From NCBI GenBank assembly GCA_964234715.1, contig OZ174283.1: a DNA stretch of 64,000 nucleotides. One strand, given 5' to 3'. The position numbers and the translations under genes were made by a program. The stretch comes from Podarcis melisellensis. Its lineage: Eukaryota. Positions 61,659-64,000 of this stretch are shown here, piece after piece; positions within the stretch are counted from its first letter, which is position 1, and each line of letters opens with the position of its first letter. The notes beneath the pieces are model-generated. The model was not told where the DNA came from. It was given only the letters and a program-made list of their open reading frames with translations, and ran no database searches.

Positions 61659-63113
61659 CAAGTCTCATTATTGGTTCTATCCTATATACCATAATTCTAG
61701 CGTCATGTTTTCAAAATCTGCAGAGAAAATCCATAGCCATTTAGTGAGAACAGGTGGTAGTGGTGGGTATTTTGGGGTATTTATGTACCCATGTAAAGGC
61801 TATGTGGGATTTTACCAAAGGAAATCATCTCCCACGTCTCTGTGTATGGATGCGAAGAGATGGAATATCACGTCCCTCGTGGCTGCTAATTACCAAAAAA
61901 ACAAAAACAAAATCAGATGTAAAGAATAATCACATGCTTCATGTCACATCTCGTTTGTCCTTCTCTCATCTCATTATGTAAAGCTGGTGTTAAATAATAT
62001 CATCAGTGGCAGCATTGTCAGACTCTTTTGCAAAATTATAAACCATGTTTTAAGGAAAGGATTCTTCTGGAGGTCTCTTGATTAAAGCCAGGTATTGTCC
62101 TAAATATTTGTCCGAGACATTTACTGAATGCCCTAATATTGGAGTCACTGGGTGAAATTCTATAGTTCTTGTTTATGTATAGAGGATCAGCTGACTTGGC
62201 GTCAATGACCTCAAAATCTATGCACTCCCCAGCTCTGAGAGGTAAGGAAAGACAATATATGGCAAAATTTATTTCTGGAGCCTTACACTAACAACAGACT
62301 AAAACACATGCAATAAATTGCAAGTTAGTGTAGCCTTGAAATAATAACAAAATCAATTACAGTTAGGATCTGCACAGGCGGCTGCCTGCTGAAGTAGCTT
62401 CCCTGATTTTAAATACATTGGATTTCAGCTCACATTCATTTTATAAATTTCTTCTTTGACCTCAGAAGGAAGTATCTCCTGCTTCCTTATGTTTATTACT
62501 TTTTTCATCCATAAACAAACACACTGTATTAGTTAGCTATTGTAGGGATGCCCAAGAGGGATGCCTTGTCGGGATATTTTTATGAAAGCGGAGAAGAGTA
62601 TTGAAGACTTTACACTGAGGGAAATGTCTAGCGAAGGTGTAAGAAAAAAAACATTTTAAAAACAGATAAAAGGAATAATAAAGTAGGTCAAAAGTTGAAA
62701 CTTCCAAGTATTCTTTTAATATTTCTCAGATATTTTCCTAGTTTTCTGCTAAGCAGGAAAGCTGTGGGTTAGCATGTTCTGTTATTTATACACTTTTGGC
62801 ACTCATTTCCTATGTACATTAAAGGCTTACAACCATGTCTCCTGACCCCACTTCCCCAAGGCTTCCAGGCCTACTTTACCTGTGCCTCTCCTGTTCCTCT
62901 TTCCTTAAATTCTTCTCTTCTCCAGCTTTCCTCCCTCAGGCATCTTCTGTTAAGCACCACACCCTTCCTTAATCCACTTACATATTGTGTTGCCAAGCTT
63001 AGACTCCTTACTTCCCAGACTCATTTTCAAGCCCTATGGCATGCCACCTTTCCAAAATTTGTGCTTCATTTCATAGAAACATAGATCTGGAAGGAACCTC
63101 AAAGGTCATCTAA

Positions 63114-63362
63114 CAGGGGTCAGCAACCTTTTTCAGCTGTGGGCTAGTCCACCGTCCCTCAGACCATGTGGTGGGCCGGACTATATTTTGGAAAAAAATA
63201 TATATGAATGAATTCCTATACCCACAAATAACCCAGAGATTTATTTTAAATAAAAGGACACATTCTACTCTGAAACACGCTGATTCCCGGACTGTCCATG
63301 GGCCGGATTGAGAAGGCGATTCGGTTGCATCCGGCCCCCGGGCCTTAGGTTGCCTACCCCTG
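63114..63362. mobile_element. hAT-Charlie-type MITE inserted in a CR1 3' end (~63072-63520, minus)
   Basis: CAGGGGTCAGCAACCT / AGGTTGCCTACCCCTG TIRs, GGGCCGG subterminal motifs, imperfect TSD gtcatctaa/gtcctctag. Confidence 0.8.
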
Positions 63363-64000
63363 GTCCTCTAGTGTAACTCCCTTTTGATGCAAGAGATCAA
63401 CTATGACAGTATTTCAGATAGGTGGCCATCCAGCCGCTGCTTTCAAATCTCAATAAGTCCACCATCTTCCAATGTAGTATCTTCCATTGTTGAAGAGCTT
63501 GGGCCATAAATAAGTTCTTCCTAAGGGCCACATCTGCAAAATACATTTAAAATGGGCAAAGGTTGACATGCCCCCTCCCCCAATTCTTTGGCCAAATTCC
63601 TGGAAAATGTATTTCTGCTTCTACAGGTCAGTCAGCTATGTGCCCATGAAAGAAGATGTGCTAATTTCTGCTCAGCTGCCTGCATTCATTTTTGGCCATT
63701 CATTGCCACATCTGTTATATGTATCACAAATATTGTCTCTTGCCCAAACCCATTTGATAAAGTGGGAGGAGATGTTCTTCCCTATAGAAAGCTGTATCAT
63801 ACCAATCCAGACCATTGATCCATCTAGTTCAGTATTGTCTCGTGCTGGTGTGAGGAACCTTTGGACCTCCAAAGGTTGCTGAACTGCAACTTCCATTAAC
63901 CCAAGAAAGTATGGCCAATAACCAAGGAAAGTGGGCATTGTAGTTCAGCAATGTCTGAAGGGCCAAAGGTTCTCCACACTCAGTCTAGAGCATGCATAGG

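Overview
Vertebrate non-coding DNA from a squamate reptile. Sauria SINE, Bov-B and the MITE families present point to a lizard, probably a lacertid (inference). No host protein-coding gene, rRNA, true tRNA or CRISPR array can be supported. The window is a mosaic of transposable elements. The only long ORF (17514-21290, minus, 1258 aa) is a young, 5'-truncated L1 ORF2 (APE-RT-CCHC) with poly(A) tail and TSD. It is fused in frame to the C-terminal end of an older L1 it inserted into; that older L1 is also split by an LTR-like insert that itself carries a MITE. Other elements: six Sauria SINEs (most with TSDs), two Bov-B fragments, CR1 and L2 relics, about ten TA-flanked pogo/Tigger-type MITEs of three families, hAT MITEs, solo LTRs (one nested in another) and a Penelope-like terminal repeat with a minimal hammerhead ribozyme. 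Most notable: two dissimilar solo LTRs that both open a reading frame at LTR base 2 encoding an acidic/Pro/Arg-rich peptide (one with RRSVRL); the chimeric L1 ORF; the hammerhead; a perfect 63-bp-arm hairpin; a 3'-truncated Sauria SINE with intact TSD; and TE-poor blocks resembling conserved enhancers. All family names come from sequence recognition, not database searches.
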